The position numbers were made by a program, and so were the translations under genes. The notes beneath the pieces were generated by a model. It did no database searches and was not told where the DNA came from. It saw nothing but the letters and a program-made list of their open reading frames with translations. Below are positions 38,846-49,765 of a DNA stretch of 64,000 nucleotides, piece by piece. The stretch comes from Escherichia phage vB_EcoM_FT: the sequence record MT682710.1; one strand, 5' to 3'. Each line of letters begins with the position of its first letter. The first letter of the stretch is position 1.

Positions 38846-41542
38846 TCAGCCAAACAGGAAGTCTAACGAAGCTTTTTCTTCATAGTCCATACCAGCCGAT
38901 TCACACATGCCTGCAAGCGGTTTAACAAACGATTTTTGGAACAAAGTTGAGTAGTCAATCCAAGACAGTACGTCAGAACGAATTTCTTTTGGAAGTTCTG
39001 TACCCGACGGCCAAGCAATGCATTTGTCACCAAATGGATTTCCTTCACGCAATGGAAGAACCATTACTTTATTTCCATCCAAAATTGGAGCTACACCTAA
39101 ACCGCTAACAGCTCGACGATAAGTTAGCACACCACGAATATGGAACGGACATTTAAATCCTGGCCAACCTTTATCATCATATTTCGCTATATCGTTCGCA
39201 GTTTTTACTTCAGCAATAACTTTATAGTCAAGTTGACGATATTCTTTCTCGAAGTTCTTGTAATATTCTTGGACAGACTCTTCACCTTCCTGAAGAATAC
39301 GACGAATACTTTCTTCGAGAGCTTCTTGGACCGCTTTAGGCGTTGAACTCTGCTGAGTTTCCATACCCATGATTTTTAGATGTGGTTCAGCAAAACGCTT
39401 ATCTTCCATATCATAAACGTTCAGAGCATAACGCTTTTTCGCTTTCCAAAATCCACCAACGCCCTTTGAACCAAGTGGAGGGCAAGAAATAGCTTCACGG
39501 TCCATATGCATCAGATGCTCGCGGTTATTCATATAATCACATAACTCACGATATGCAACATCAATCATAGGTTCCATCTTTTTCTTACCGAACTGATTCA
39601 TGAATTCAACTAAATCGTTCTGCTCTTTGAATCGGTCAAGACCAACTTTTTCAATAACTTTATCTACACAAACATATACCGAATCAGTATCACCTGCTGC
39701 AATGAAATCTTCGCCATTAGTTCCGCATACTTTATTCAGATATTCATTAATTTTACGAGCAATCCACTGAATACCAACTTGGCCGAAAATTGTGATAGCA
39801 GTAGCATTTCGCAAATCATAGTAACGGAAATGAATATTACCAAGAGCACCATAAAGACTGTTAATAAGAATTTTACGGTTCAGCTGATTTGTGTTAGCAA
39901 GTGTAGCTGCTTTTTCACATTCCTCAATCAGACTATTGAGAACAGATTCGGTGTAATTCGATAGTTCATTTAAGAAATCATCACTGAACTTAACATATCG
40001 TTCAACTTCTGGTTTAGTTGAACAGGACCCTGCGCCTTTCATAATAATCTTTTTAATAGCTTCGGCATTCATTTCTTCAGCGAACATTTTCTTTTTCCAA
40101 TCTTTACGCTGGAAAAATACTTTAGCGATTTCCTTTGGAATGATACCTTCTTGATGCTTATCATACATCCATCCATTCGGAGAACAAGAATATTCATCGC
40201 TCGGTTTAGGAGCTGTTCCTGCGATATATTCATGAATTGGATGAACTTTAAACTGTCCACGAATAGTCTCAGGACTAATGTTAACCTGACGAATAATGCT
40301 CGGATACAGAGACGTCAAGTCAAAACTCATAATATATCGACGAGCAATTGGTTTAGGTTCAAATACAAATGCACCCGGAAAACTTTGTTTAACGTGCGAA
40401 CCTTGTTGAGGAATAACCTTATGTTCACCTTTCAATGAGTTAAAAATAATAGCATCCCAAGTTTTAATAGGACTCATTACACCGGAAAAAGGCATTTTAG
40501 CGTAATAAGACATACTTAAAACTAGATCGATAAACCCGCGAATTTTATCAATTGCTTGAACTGATTCTACGTCAATGATGTTATAACTAATGTATCGTTG
40601 ATGATTAGTCTCACGAAGTTTATTAATAGGACCGTCGTATGGTAATTTACCTTTTTTGGTTTCATGTTGAGCAACTGATTCCAAAGAGAATGACGGCAAA
40701 TTAGTAAATGCGAATTTCTTATACAAATCTAAATAATCAAGAATAGATACGCCATCAATAGAATAAATTTCTTTGCTACCGTACACATTTTGAATTAGTT
40801 TAGATTTTACTCGACCGATTGGAGAGAAACGTTTCATACTGCGTTCACCGAGAACCATTTTAACGCGATTCATGATATACGGAACGTCAAATCCCTCAAT
40901 ATTCCAACCAGTAAAAATAGCAGGTCGTTTCTGTTCCCAAAGATTGATATATTCCATGAGCATATCACGCTCATTATCGAATGGCATATAAATTACTCGG
41001 TCAAGAATTTCTTGAGGAACTTCATCACCACCTTCACAGTCAAGCTTAGCAGCTAACTTTGCATCCCATTTTGATACTGAACCGTACATTGAATTCAACA
41101 AATCAAAGACGTAAAAACGATCGTCAATTGAATCATAATGAGTGATAGCATCAATTTCATATTCAGCTTTCATTGGGTCAGGAAATTTATCACCAGTAAC
41201 CTCAATGTCACAGTTAGCTACACGAACAAATTTTCGGTCATAAACAATTTCTGAACCATATGTATCACTGATATAAGCGAGTTTAAAATCGTTCATACCG
41301 AGAGCTTCGAGACCGATGTCTTCCATTCGTTTCATCCAATCTCGAGCATCTTTCATTGATGGAAATTTTTGAGGAGCGCAGTTTTTACCATAGATGTCTT
41401 TGTACTTTGACTCTTCCTTACAATGCCTAAACATAGTTGGAAGATATTCTACTTCACGAGTACGTTCCTTTCCATTTTCATCAATATAACGTTCAACAAT
41501 ATTATTTCCGACTGTTTCAATAGAGATATAAAATTCTTTCAT
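38846..41542 (-). CDS. 43: DNA polymerase (family B)
   Basis: 898 aa, the T4 gp43 length; N-terminus MKEFYISIETVGNNIVERYIDENGKERTREVEYLPTMF; 3'-5' exonuclease and polymerase motifs. Confidence 0.95.
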   Translation of the reverse strand: MKEFYISIETVGNNIVERYIDENGKERTREVEYLPTMFRHCKEESKYKDIYGKNCAPQKFPSMKDARDWMKRMEDIGLEALGMNDFKLAYISDTYGSEIVYDRKFVRVANCDIEVTGDKFPDPMKAEYEIDAITHYDSIDDRFYVFDLLNSMYGSVSKWDAKLAAKLDCEGGDEVPQEILDRVIYMPFDNERDMLMEYINLWEQKRPAIFTGWNIEGFDVPYIMNRVKMVLGERSMKRFSPIGRVKSKLIQNVYGSKEIYSIDGVSILDYLDLYKKFAFTNLPSFSLESVAQHETKKGKLPYDGPINKLRETNHQRYISYNIIDVESVQAIDKIRGFIDLVLSMSYYAKMPFSGVMSPIKTWDAIIFNSLKGEHKVIPQQGSHVKQSFPGAFVFEPKPIARRYIMSFDLTSLYPSIIRQVNISPETIRGQFKVHPIHEYIAGTAPKPSDEYSCSPNGWMYDKHQEGIIPKEIAKVFFQRKDWKKKMFAEEMNAEAIKKIIMKGAGSCSTKPEVERYVKFSDDFLNELSNYTESVLNSLIEECEKAATLANTNQLNRKILINSLYGALGNIHFRYYDLRNATAITIFGQVGIQWIARKINEYLNKVCGTNGEDFIAAGDTDSVYVCVDKVIEKVGLDRFKEQNDLVEFMNQFGKKKMEPMIDVAYRELCDYMNNREHLMHMDREAISCPPLGSKGVGGFWKAKKRYALNVYDMEDKRFAEPHLKIMGMETQQSSTPKAVQEALEESIRRILQEGEESVQEYYKNFEKEYRQLDYKVIAEVKTANDIAKYDDKGWPGFKCPFHIRGVLTYRRAVSGLGVAPILDGNKVMVLPLREGNPFGDKCIAWPSGTELPKEIRSDVLSWIDYSTLFQKSFVKPLAGMCESAGMDYEEKASLDFLFG

Positions 41543-41545
41543 AGA

Positions 41546-41582
41546 TATTCCTTAGTTTATAGCCCGAGTTATTAGGCTCTTG
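41546..41582 (-). promoter_or_regulatory. gene 43 translational operator (hairpin plus RBS)
   Basis: Minus strand AGAGCCUAAUAACUCGGGCUAUAAACUAAGGAAUAUCUAUG resembles the T4 gp43 autoregulatory operator as recalled. Confidence 0.55.
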
Positions 41583-41602
41583 ATATATTATACTCCAAAT
41601 AA

Positions 41603-41616
41603 GGGGCCGAAGCCCC
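41603..41616 (-). other. CUUCGG tetraloop hairpin (GGGGCCGAAGCCCC)
   Basis: Perfect 5-bp stem with UUCG loop on the minus-strand transcript, upstream of a TATAAT box for gene 43. Confidence 0.5.
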
Positions 41617-41620
41617 TTGC

Positions 41621-41884
41621 TTAAATTAGTACTATTTGTCGGTGAAAAATTGTCATTCCATCTGCATTAATTGACTTAACGACTGCGGTAAAGTGTTTTT
41701 GTTCTGGATGAATTAATTTTTGAAATTCTACCTGAAATTTTAGTTGAAGGTTTTCTGGTAAATCAAAAAGTGTTTCTGTTGCAGAAAGATTATATTTTTC
41801 TTTAAGAGACGCCATGTATTCTTGCGGAGTTATAGCAGTCATATTAATTACCAATCGTATATTTAGGAACGAGCTTCCATTCAT
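41621..41884 (-). CDS. hypothetical protein (73-87 aa) between regA and 43
   Basis: ORF; the likely start is the internal ATG just after the regA stop. Confidence 0.4.
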   Translation of the reverse strand: MNGSSFLNIRLVINMTAITPQEYMASLKEKYNLSATETLFDLPENLQLKFQVEFQKLIHPEQKHFTAVVKSINADGMTIFHRQIVLI

Positions 41885-42212
41885 GTTTTTGTTTAAAAGA
41901 AATAACTCGGAAGTTATTAGTTAAATCTTTCATAAAAGTTCTTTGACCAGGAACGATTTCAATCAGTCCCCAATCTTCTAACAGCCATGCAATCGAATCA
42001 CGACGAACTTCATCTTCTTCTGTCATTTCAACTTGGCGACCATCCATACGAAGCATTTCTTTAAAATGAACGATATAGTATAGTCCTTTTTTCTGAAGAA
42101 TATGACAGGACTGATACAGAACTTTATCTTTATTATTAGCAATTCCCATACGAGTCAAAGTTTCTTTTACTTTCAGAAAATCTTCAGGTTTTTTAAGAGT
42201 AATTTCAATCAT
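41844..42212 (-). CDS. regA: translational repressor RegA
   Basis: 122 aa, the T4 RegA length, at the conserved position. Confidence 0.85.
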   Translation of the reverse strand: MIEITLKKPEDFLKVKETLTRMGIANNKDKVLYQSCHILQKKGLYYIVHFKEMLRMDGRQVEMTEEDEVRRDSIAWLLEDWGLIEIVPGQRTFMKDLTNNFRVISFKQKHEWKLVPKYTIGN

Positions 42213-42213
42213 T

Positions 42214-42798
42214 TTACCATTCCAATGCTAGTTTTTTGAGTTGTTTCTGTTCTTTTACGTTCTTAGTCACTTCTTTCAAAAAATCATCCGTGACTAAACC
42301 TTTTAGTTCTTTTAATACTAAAGGAAGTTTTCCATTTTTAGTAAGAATTGATTTATAGTTAATTGCATCATTTGTATTAACTTGATACCGTTTAGCAAGT
42401 AACTTAATAATCAATACTTCGGTGGAATCTTCAACCAGTTTTGCCCATTTACCATATCTTTTACCACGAGGAACTGCAGCCATCAGATAATTAAAATGAG
42501 CTTCATCACTTAAACCTGATCCAATTAAATTCATAGCATATACAGCTGGCATGCATTCAGGAAATTGTGATAATGCATTCTCAACCATGTATTTTGAATA
42601 ATCTTTTTGAGCAATAGAGCATTTAGTTTTATTATTAATAGCTCCAATTATTTCAAAAAATTCATTTTCAGCTTTTTCTTTAAAAGAATCAGCAGCGGAT
42701 TGGACAGCTGTCCAATCTTTTGAATACCAAGCAACTTGATGCTCGTTTAATTGAATATCATCTTCAAATAAGCTCATATCACTTCCACTGCATTTCAC
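42214..42798 (-). CDS. 62: clamp loader small subunit
   Basis: 194 aa ORF between 44 and regA. Confidence 0.8.
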   Translation of the reverse strand: MKCSGSDMSLFEDDIQLNEHQVAWYSKDWTAVQSAADSFKEKAENEFFEIIGAINNKTKCSIAQKDYSKYMVENALSQFPECMPAVYAMNLIGSGLSDEAHFNYLMAAVPRGKRYGKWAKLVEDSTEVLIIKLLAKRYQVNTNDAINYKSILTKNGKLPLVLKELKGLVTDDFLKEVTKNVKEQKQLKKLALEW

Positions 42799-43753
42799 AT
42801 GCTAACTGAATGAAAAGATAAGCTAGATGCAATTCCGTATTAGCTGCAATACCATGATACTGATTATTTTCGCCGACAATTTCGTACATACGAATAATAC
42901 TTTGCGGAGTTACGCGTGTATAGATTTCTTCGGCAAGTTTACCCACGAACCACGAATAATCAGCTGCATATTTTGGTGCTAAAGCTCTGAGTTGTTTAAC
43001 ATCTTTATTTTTGAGAGACTCAAGAACATCATCAATAGCACCACGATCGTTAGTAACCAGTGATAAAATACCAGCATCCAAAACACCTTTAGATGAATAA
43101 CTATCGAGCTCGCCAATAGTTTTACGAAAATCAGGAAAATTCTTTTTAACCAAAGCTGCTACAACTTTCATATCAGCTATAGCAATTCCTTCATGCTTAC
43201 AGATTTCAGTCAATCGACGAATCATCTGCTTCATCATTTCAATTTTATCTTCATCGGTCGGTTGACCGAATGTAATAACTCGGCAGCGTGACTGAAGCGG
43301 TTTAATAATACCATCAATATTGTTAGCAGTAATAATAATACTACAGTTTGAACTATAAGCTTCCATAAATGAACGAAGATGTCGCTGAGACTCTGCTAGC
43401 CCTGAACGGTCAAATTCATCAATAACGATTACTTTTTGACGACCATCAAATGAAGCGGCGCTGGCAAAATTAGTCAAAGGACCGCGAACGAAATCAATTT
43501 TACAGTCTGATCCATTCACAAACATCATATCAGCATTTACATCATGACACAATGCTTTTGCTACAGTTGTTTTACCTGTTCCTGGAGAAGGAGAATGAAG
43601 AATAATATGTGGAATCTTACCTTTACTTGTAATAGATTTAAAGGTTTCTTTATCAAAGGCGGGAAGAATACATTCATCGATAGTAGATGGACGATATTTC
43701 TGTTCAAGAATGTGTTCTTTTTCATTTACGGTAATCATAATTTCCTCATTCAA
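42779..43753 (-). CDS. 44: clamp loader large subunit (AAA+)
   Basis: 324 aa; Walker [11 protein letters not shown]. Confidence 0.9.
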   Translation of the reverse strand: MNEEIMITVNEKEHILEQKYRPSTIDECILPAFDKETFKSITSKGKIPHIILHSPSPGTGKTTVAKALCHDVNADMMFVNGSDCKIDFVRGPLTNFASAASFDGRQKVIVIDEFDRSGLAESQRHLRSFMEAYSSNCSIIITANNIDGIIKPLQSRCRVITFGQPTDEDKIEMMKQMIRRLTEICKHEGIAIADMKVVAALVKKNFPDFRKTIGELDSYSSKGVLDAGILSLVTNDRGAIDDVLESLKNKDVKQLRALAPKYAADYSWFVGKLAEEIYTRVTPQSIIRMYEIVGENNQYHGIAANTELHLAYLFIQLACEMQWK

Positions 43754-43773
43754 GTTTTAGTGTAAATTATAAA

Positions 43774-43785
43774 GGGCCGAAGCCC
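43774..43785 (-). other. CUUCGG tetraloop hairpin (GGGCCGAAGCCC element)
   Basis: Identical 12-mer repeat in the 45-44 intergenic region. Confidence 0.5.
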
Positions 43786-43789
43786 TCTA

Positions 43790-44476
43790 TTAAAAATCGT
43801 GGGTAGAATCAGCTTCAAGAGCTACTACATAATTCGCGTGTTCACCTTCAAATTTAGCAGCACCTTGTTTACCTTTTGCCCAGAGCAGAAGTTTATAATT
43901 TCCTGGTTGCATTTTCATATTTGCCATATTGATAATGAAATTAAATGTATTTTCACCATCATAATCACCAAGAGTCAAAGAATATTTAACACGGGTCAGA
44001 GCAGAATCTTCTACTTTATTAAAACCGTTAATTACGATTTTACCTTCTTTTACCGTGATAGCAATTGTATCAATTTGCAGACCACGAGATACACGCAACA
44101 GTTGTTGAAGGTCTTCAGCTTTAATTTCAGTAACAACAGATGCTACCGGGAATGGAATTGGTTTATTAGGAGCAACTACTGTACTCGGATCGGCTGCTGG
44201 CCAAAAAATTGTTGAGCGGGCATCAGCAATTTTAATATTTCCATCTTCTGACTGGGAAATTTCTGCATCATCATTAACTAGAGACAGAATACCGAGAAAA
44301 CCGTTCAAATCGTAAATTGCTACATCAAAATCAATAACGTCAGAAATATTTGCTTCCGCGTAAGTTGTACCATTAACTGCGCGAGTCATAATAAATTGAC
44401 CGGATTTAAGCATAATACCAGAGTTAATAGTAGCGAAATTTTTGAGCAGAGCAGTAGTATCTTTAGACAGTTTCAT
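43790..44476 (-). CDS. 45: sliding clamp
   Basis: 228 aa, the T4 gp45 length and position. Confidence 0.85.
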   Translation of the reverse strand: MKLSKDTTALLKNFATINSGIMLKSGQFIMTRAVNGTTYAEANISDVIDFDVAIYDLNGFLGILSLVNDDAEISQSEDGNIKIADARSTIFWPAADPSTVVAPNKPIPFPVASVVTEIKAEDLQQLLRVSRGLQIDTIAITVKEGKIVINGFNKVEDSALTRVKYSLTLGDYDGENTFNFIINMANMKMQPGNYKLLLWAKGKQGAAKFEGEHANYVVALEADSTHDF

Positions 44477-44531
44477 GTAATTTCCTTCAATTCAAATGAG
44501 ATTTAATTTTATAACTAATTTAATAAAGCAA

Positions 44532-44921
44532 TTAACGATTAAAATCAGCCGCAATTGTTTCCGCAACAATTTGAGCAGCAACAATTAGACGTTCATCTGC
44601 ATTACCGCAATAATCATCTTCAAGACGTTCACCACATGAAGTCATAATAAATTTAGCACCGGCGTTTAGGGATTCTGTAGTATGTTTGCGCATTAGTTCA
44701 ATCCATTTATTACTTACTTCACGATCGATAGCTTCATAATACGCATGACGAGCAGGTGCAGATTTAATTTTGTTCTGAATAACTTCCATTGCGTTATCAG
44801 AAAGAGACAAAACCCATGCTCGACGAATTTTATTTTGGTTTTGTGGATTTGATTCAGAACGCACGTGTTTTGGCTGAATATCTTTTACATCAACGTTATA
44901 ATTCACAGTAATTTTAGTCAT
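44532..44921 (-). CDS. rpbA: RNA polymerase binding protein RpbA
   Basis: 129 aa at the T4 rpbA position. Confidence 0.7.
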   Translation of the reverse strand: MTKITVNYNVDVKDIQPKHVRSESNPQNQNKIRRAWVLSLSDNAMEVIQNKIKSAPARHAYYEAIDREVSNKWIELMRKHTTESLNAGAKFIMTSCGERLEDDYCGNADERLIVAAQIVAETIAADFNR

Positions 44922-44930
44922 AATACACCT

Positions 44931-45119
44931 TTAGTCATAATAATCAGTAACAGTCCAAGCTTCATTTCTATTGGACATTATTTTTGTATATTCTGCTTTA
45001 AATGCATTCCTAAGCATAGATTCAGTAACTATATGCTCTTCATTAGAAAAATTATTTCTCAGAATATATCGTTTTATTTCAGGAATAGTTAATAGATGCT
45101 GTCCAGTTGAATATTCCAT
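44931..45119 (-). CDS. hypothetical protein (62 aa)
   Basis: ORF with a GGAGG RBS downstream of a middle promoter. Confidence 0.4.
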   Translation of the reverse strand: MEYSTGQHLLTIPEIKRYILRNNFSNEEHIVTESMLRNAFKAEYTKIMSNRNEAWTVTDYYD

Positions 45120-45134
45120 GTTTTTCCTCCATAG

Positions 45135-45162
45135 AGATTATACTCTAATAAATTAAAGCATA
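45135..45162 (-). promoter_or_regulatory. candidate MotA-dependent middle promoter
   Basis: Minus strand tATGCTTTAA MotA box, 11 nt, TATAAT, then a GGAGG RBS. Confidence 0.55.
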
Positions 45163-45174
45163 ATCTCTTATAAA

Positions 45175-46857
45175 TTAAACCATTACAGTAAATCGACCAA
45201 CTTTCTTCATTTGAAGATGCTGACCGTATGCTTGTGGGTCATGGTCTCTATGCGAAATAACAAAAACATTAGTATTTTTTAAACTATCTAAAATAGTTGA
45301 AATAGCTTTTACACCTTCAACGTCGGTCGCTGAATCAAAAACTTCATCAAGAATTAGTGTGTTTATTTTAACACCTGAAACTTTTTCAGCAATATCACGC
45401 CAAGTAAATAAAAGAGCAATATCAATTCGTGCTTTTTCACCTTGACTGAATGAAGCATAACTAAAATCTTCACGACCACGGGATTTAATTGTCTCATTAA
45501 ATTCTTCATCTAATGTAAACACATAATCCGCTTCCATTATTTTAAGATAATAGTTAATCTGCTTATTAAATAATGGAATGTACTTTTTAATAATAGCACC
45601 TTTAATACCAGAATCTTTGAGCATATCAGTCAAAATTCCTCGGTGGTATTTTTCCATTACTAAATTAGTTTTTGTCTTAACAATTTTATCAAGTTCTTCT
45701 TGAAGCAGTGCTATTTCATCAGCATGGTCAATAAACTCAGAAGATGCTTTTTCTATAGCCGCTTTAACTTTTTTAGCTTTATCTACTGCTGCGATCAGAG
45801 ATTGCTTTTTATTGCGAATATCATTTGCCAACGACTGCTGAGTTTTAATATTATCTCGGTATTCATCAACAAGAACTTTTAAATTATCACGATGTGTTGA
45901 AAGCTGTTCAAACGAATGCGTGCATTCAGAAACTTTATCTTTAATTTTAGAAACAACTTTATCACCGGAACTCAATTGTGACAAACAGGTTGGACATAAT
46001 CCACCTTCGTGATACATATTAATGACTTTATTATACGAGTCAATTTTTGATTTAATTAAAACTGCTTCTTGACCGATTTTATTAAATGCATCAGTCGGGT
46101 CTTCATCTAAAACAATATTAACTAATCTTTCATTAGCTTCTTCTATTTCCGATTTTAGCGTTCTAGCTTCTTTTGCCAAATCATCATACATATTTTGCAG
46201 ACGAGTAAGGTTGTCACCAGTTAATTTTTTCTGGCGTTCAACATTATCATTATATATTTTAATTTGTTGGATAATACTATCTTTTTTAACATCAAGCACT
46301 TGGTTTTGTGAATTTAATTCACGTATTAGTGCTTTATTAAGCTTATCCATTTCAGCTAATGTTCCTACCTCAAGCAGGTCTTCCACAAGCTTTCTTCGTG
46401 CAGGGGTCGACAAACCCATGAAAGGGGTATACCCTGCTGTACCAAGGACAACAATCTGCTTGAAACTGGCATATGACATTCCGATAAGCTGTTCAAATTC
46501 TGCTTGGAAATCTTTACTGCTGGCAGATTCATTAAGACGTGTACCGTTAACGGTGATTTCAAAAACGTTCGGTTTTTGTCCTCTTTTGATATAGTACTTT
46601 TTCTCATCATATTCCATCCACAGTTCAACTAAAAGTTCTTTCTTATTTGTGCTGTTTATTAATTGACCTTTCTTTACATCACGAAATGGCTTGCCAAAAA
46701 GCCCAAATGTGATGGCTTCTAACATAGTAGACTTACCACCGCCATTTCGGCCAGTAATAAGAGTTTTTTGAACCTTATCTAATTGAATGTCAATCCCATT
46801 TTGACCAACTGACATTATATTTTTATATTTTACTCTATTAAGTTTAAAATTCTTCAC
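45175..46857 (-). CDS. 46: recombination nuclease subunit (Rad50/SbcC-like ATPase)
   Basis: 560 aa; Walker A GRNGGGKST, long coiled coil, C-terminal signature motif and Walker B. Confidence 0.9.
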   Translation of the reverse strand: MKNFKLNRVKYKNIMSVGQNGIDIQLDKVQKTLITGRNGGGKSTMLEAITFGLFGKPFRDVKKGQLINSTNKKELLVELWMEYDEKKYYIKRGQKPNVFEITVNGTRLNESASSKDFQAEFEQLIGMSYASFKQIVVLGTAGYTPFMGLSTPARRKLVEDLLEVGTLAEMDKLNKALIRELNSQNQVLDVKKDSIIQQIKIYNDNVERQKKLTGDNLTRLQNMYDDLAKEARTLKSEIEEANERLVNIVLDEDPTDAFNKIGQEAVLIKSKIDSYNKVINMYHEGGLCPTCLSQLSSGDKVVSKIKDKVSECTHSFEQLSTHRDNLKVLVDEYRDNIKTQQSLANDIRNKKQSLIAAVDKAKKVKAAIEKASSEFIDHADEIALLQEELDKIVKTKTNLVMEKYHRGILTDMLKDSGIKGAIIKKYIPLFNKQINYYLKIMEADYVFTLDEEFNETIKSRGREDFSYASFSQGEKARIDIALLFTWRDIAEKVSGVKINTLILDEVFDSATDVEGVKAISTILDSLKNTNVFVISHRDHDPQAYGQHLQMKKVGRFTVMV

Positions 46858-47117
46858 AAAAGATTCCTTTTAATGTATCTTTTAGACCATTCTATCATAT
46901 CATCATAATCTAAAAAGTATTCATCAAATTCAGCCATGCAAACAACACCTTGTGCTGCTTTTGATGTGATATAAATTATTCCAACATATCTAGAATCTTC
47001 TTCGGTATAATCAATATTTGCTATGAATTCATCATTAATGTCAAATGTCGAAAACTTCACAGTATGCATCCTTAATACAAGATACAGCCATATCTCGTAA
47101 TGATTTAGGCGTGTCAT
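46854..47117 (-). CDS. hypothetical protein (87 aa)
   Basis: ORF between 47 and 46. Confidence 0.45.
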   Translation of the reverse strand: MTRLNHYEIWLYLVLRMHTVKFSTFDINDEFIANIDYTEEDSRYVGIIYITSKAAQGVVCMAEFDEYFLDYDDMIEWSKRYIKRNLL

Positions 47118-47304
47118 TATCTAAAATGTTGAAGTTAAAAGATACAGCCCAGTCAGTGCAGACTGTAACCTTTTTAATACAATTATCTTCAACCTCTAGT
47201 GGTTCAAACCAATATTCAATAATTTCTTTATGACCAATATCATCTTTTACTTCACATTCAAAATGCTGACTCATCACAACATTTTTAAATTCATCAAAAG
47301 TCAT
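47041..47304 (-). CDS. hypothetical protein (87 aa)
   Basis: ORF between 47 and 46. Confidence 0.45.
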   Translation of the reverse strand: MTFDEFKNVVMSQHFECEVKDDIGHKEIIEYWFEPLEVEDNCIKKVTVCTDWAVSFNFNILDNDTPKSLRDMAVSCIKDAYCEVFDI

Positions 47305-48320
47305 TGTGTTGCCTCTACATATAGCTGATTTGCATATTGAATAAGTGCTTCACGGTCAGAATCAGTGATGTCTGGAATTGCATTAATATACTCTTCCATC
47401 AACGTCTGAAGAGATTGAACTTCAACTTCTTCACTGTCATCTGACTCGACAGAGTTATCAATTTTTGACACAACTCGTAATGAATGCACAACTTTTTCTA
47501 GTTCAGATTCGAACTTCGTCAGATTTTTGTCTACCTCAGTTACTATAACACGTACTGATAGATTTGTAAAATCTTTATAGTCAATTTTTCCTTTAAATGG
47601 ATAATGAATTCTACGATGCCAGGTAGTATTGTTTGGAATAAATTCCATTCGTTCTGTTTCTGTATCAAACATCCAGAACCCACGAGGGTCATTCTCGTCA
47701 CCTGCAGTTAGTGTCCATGGTGTCCCAATATATCTGACGTTTGCAGCCTCAGAGATAGTATGGAAGTGACCAGACCACACCTCTTTATAAGTCTTAAGGA
47801 AATCAGGTTCAAGACCGTGAGATTTCATTCCTTTATAAAAATAAAATCCATTCAGTTCCCAGTGACCAACACAAAAAGAAGCAGATGAAGTTTTGATGTG
47901 CTCAAGAATTTCACCAGTATTTTCTTCGCACATCCAAGGAATTAAATCAATCAAACATCCGTCAAAATCTACTGTAGTAGGCTTATCATATACTTTAACA
48001 TTAGGATATTTAGCCAAAAGCTCAGTAGAGGCATTTGGATGCATTACATTTTTGTAGTGAAGATCGTGATTTCCTACAATAGTATGTAATGTGATTCCAG
48101 CACCATCAAGCATTTGAACTATTTCACGGGCAAACTCCATAGTTTTATGCGTGATTGCTTTTCGCACATCAAAAATATCACCGTATTGAATCCAGGTAGT
48201 AATTCCATTTTTCTTAGAATATTCTATTGCTTGTTTAATTCCATCAATTTGAATACCGCGAATCCACTCATCATCAGCTTTAACGCCTAAATGCCAATCA
48301 CCTAAATTTAAAATTTTCAT
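47301..48320 (-). CDS. 47: recombination nuclease subunit (Mre11/SbcD-like phosphoesterase)
   Basis: 339 aa; calcineurin-like metallophosphatase motifs (GDWHLG, GNHD). Confidence 0.9.
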   Translation of the reverse strand: MKILNLGDWHLGVKADDEWIRGIQIDGIKQAIEYSKKNGITTWIQYGDIFDVRKAITHKTMEFAREIVQMLDGAGITLHTIVGNHDLHYKNVMHPNASTELLAKYPNVKVYDKPTTVDFDGCLIDLIPWMCEENTGEILEHIKTSSASFCVGHWELNGFYFYKGMKSHGLEPDFLKTYKEVWSGHFHTISEAANVRYIGTPWTLTAGDENDPRGFWMFDTETERMEFIPNNTTWHRRIHYPFKGKIDYKDFTNLSVRVIVTEVDKNLTKFESELEKVVHSLRVVSKIDNSVESDDSEEVEVQSLQTLMEEYINAIPDITDSDREALIQYANQLYVEATQ

Positions 48321-48483
48321 ATATCAAGAACCGTCATTGAAATGCAAAATAAAATTATTGAAATAAACCCATCTGGTGTGCTAAAGAACCCAATCCAACA
48401 TGCTCTAGTGAAAAGATAAAGCGCGAGAAAAAGTATCACATATCCAAGAAATATCATTATATCAAACTCCGTATAAAGCTAAA

Positions 48484-48495
48484 GGGCCGAAGCCC
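48484..48495 (-). other. CUUCGG tetraloop hairpin (GGGCCGAAGCCC element)
   Basis: Identical 12-mer repeat at the 3' end of alpha-gt. Confidence 0.5.
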
Positions 48496-48496
48496 T

Positions 48497-49699
48497 TTAT
48501 TTTGTAATAATGTCAAACTGTTCTTTAAAACAGAAGCTTGAATCTTGGTGCTGATACAAAAATTCATATGCTTTTTCTCGCTCACGGTCATAAAGAGCTC
48601 GGTCAGATGACAATTCTTTAATACGCTCGAATGTTGATTCCATGTCATTTTCATCAAACCAAATGATACCGCTATCATGTGAGGTCAAAGGAGTATTATC
48701 AACACGGAATTTTAAATTATCACCCGTTGATTTCCAGAAAACAGGAATTGTACCGCAAGCACCTAATTCAAGATGAGTATATTCGAGTGAGCGTTGTAAG
48801 TATTTCTGGTTAAGTTTACTCAACTGATATCCAAAGCCAGATTTACTCATTCGTTCAAGCATTTCACTATTAATATAACAATCTAGGATTTGTGCCGGTT
48901 GATTCGGCGTGAGATTCATTTTATCGATCTCACGATTACCGTAATATTCATACGGAATACCTTTTTCCTTAATTGCAATAAAAGCAGGGGAACGTTCAAG
49001 ACCTTCCATTACAGTGGATTTACCAGCAGGTTTTAAGAATTTTTCATGAAAATCAAACATCTGATAAAAACCTTTCCATGTAGTCGTACGACCAATCCAA
49101 CGGTTGATGTTCATGTTAATTTCAGAAACATCTTTCCAATAAGTTGACCGAACCTTCGCAATATCCATAGGAGGCTGAAAGTTATATACTGTTGGTGCTT
49201 CTTCAATATCATCAAACAGAGAAACAGTTTCTGGATACCATTCTTTCATCAGAACTTTATTAAAATCACCATTATCAGAATGGCTAAAAATAACATCAGC
49301 TCGACGAACAGTTTCTTCTAATCCCAAATTTCGACGCAAAGAAAGAACAGAATGATCATGCTGATAAACTACAACACGAATAGAAGGTTTAATATTATCT
49401 AAAAGTTTTTTATAGTTATTAATCGTGGCTTCTTGAACGGAAGTAGCAGGAACAGAATTAATAATTAGAATATCACAATCATTTACCAGCTTAAGTGCTT
49501 TATCGTATTCTTTAGCTAAAATAACTGGAATTGAAAATGATTTGTGGTCATGAGAACTTGTACGAGTAAATGATTTATCTTTAGCATAAACCAAAGTTAC
49601 TTCATGACCATTTTTAATAAACCAATCACGCTGCTCAAGAGAAAATTTAGTTACACCGCAACCTTCAAGACCTCGAGCCATAAAAATACATACTTTCAT
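48497..49699 (-). CDS. a-gt: DNA alpha-glucosyltransferase
   Basis: 400 aa, the T4 alpha-gt length, at the conserved position after gene 47. Confidence 0.8.
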   Translation of the reverse strand: MKVCIFMARGLEGCGVTKFSLEQRDWFIKNGHEVTLVYAKDKSFTRTSSHDHKSFSIPVILAKEYDKALKLVNDCDILIINSVPATSVQEATINNYKKLLDNIKPSIRVVVYQHDHSVLSLRRNLGLEETVRRADVIFSHSDNGDFNKVLMKEWYPETVSLFDDIEEAPTVYNFQPPMDIAKVRSTYWKDVSEINMNINRWIGRTTTWKGFYQMFDFHEKFLKPAGKSTVMEGLERSPAFIAIKEKGIPYEYYGNREIDKMNLTPNQPAQILDCYINSEMLERMSKSGFGYQLSKLNQKYLQRSLEYTHLELGACGTIPVFWKSTGDNLKFRVDNTPLTSHDSGIIWFDENDMESTFERIKELSSDRALYDREREKAYEFLYQHQDSSFCFKEQFDIITK

Positions 49700-49765
49700 T
49701 TAATATCCTCTTTGTTTTGGTTTATTTTACCAAAAATTTATAAAGCAATATAGGAGCCGAAGCTC

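Noticed and set aside
41609-41640. Plus-strand MotA-box-like TTGCTTAAA plus TACTAT as a rightward middle promoter
   Set aside because: It would transcribe antisense into minus-strand genes and overlaps the hairpin; judged a chance match.
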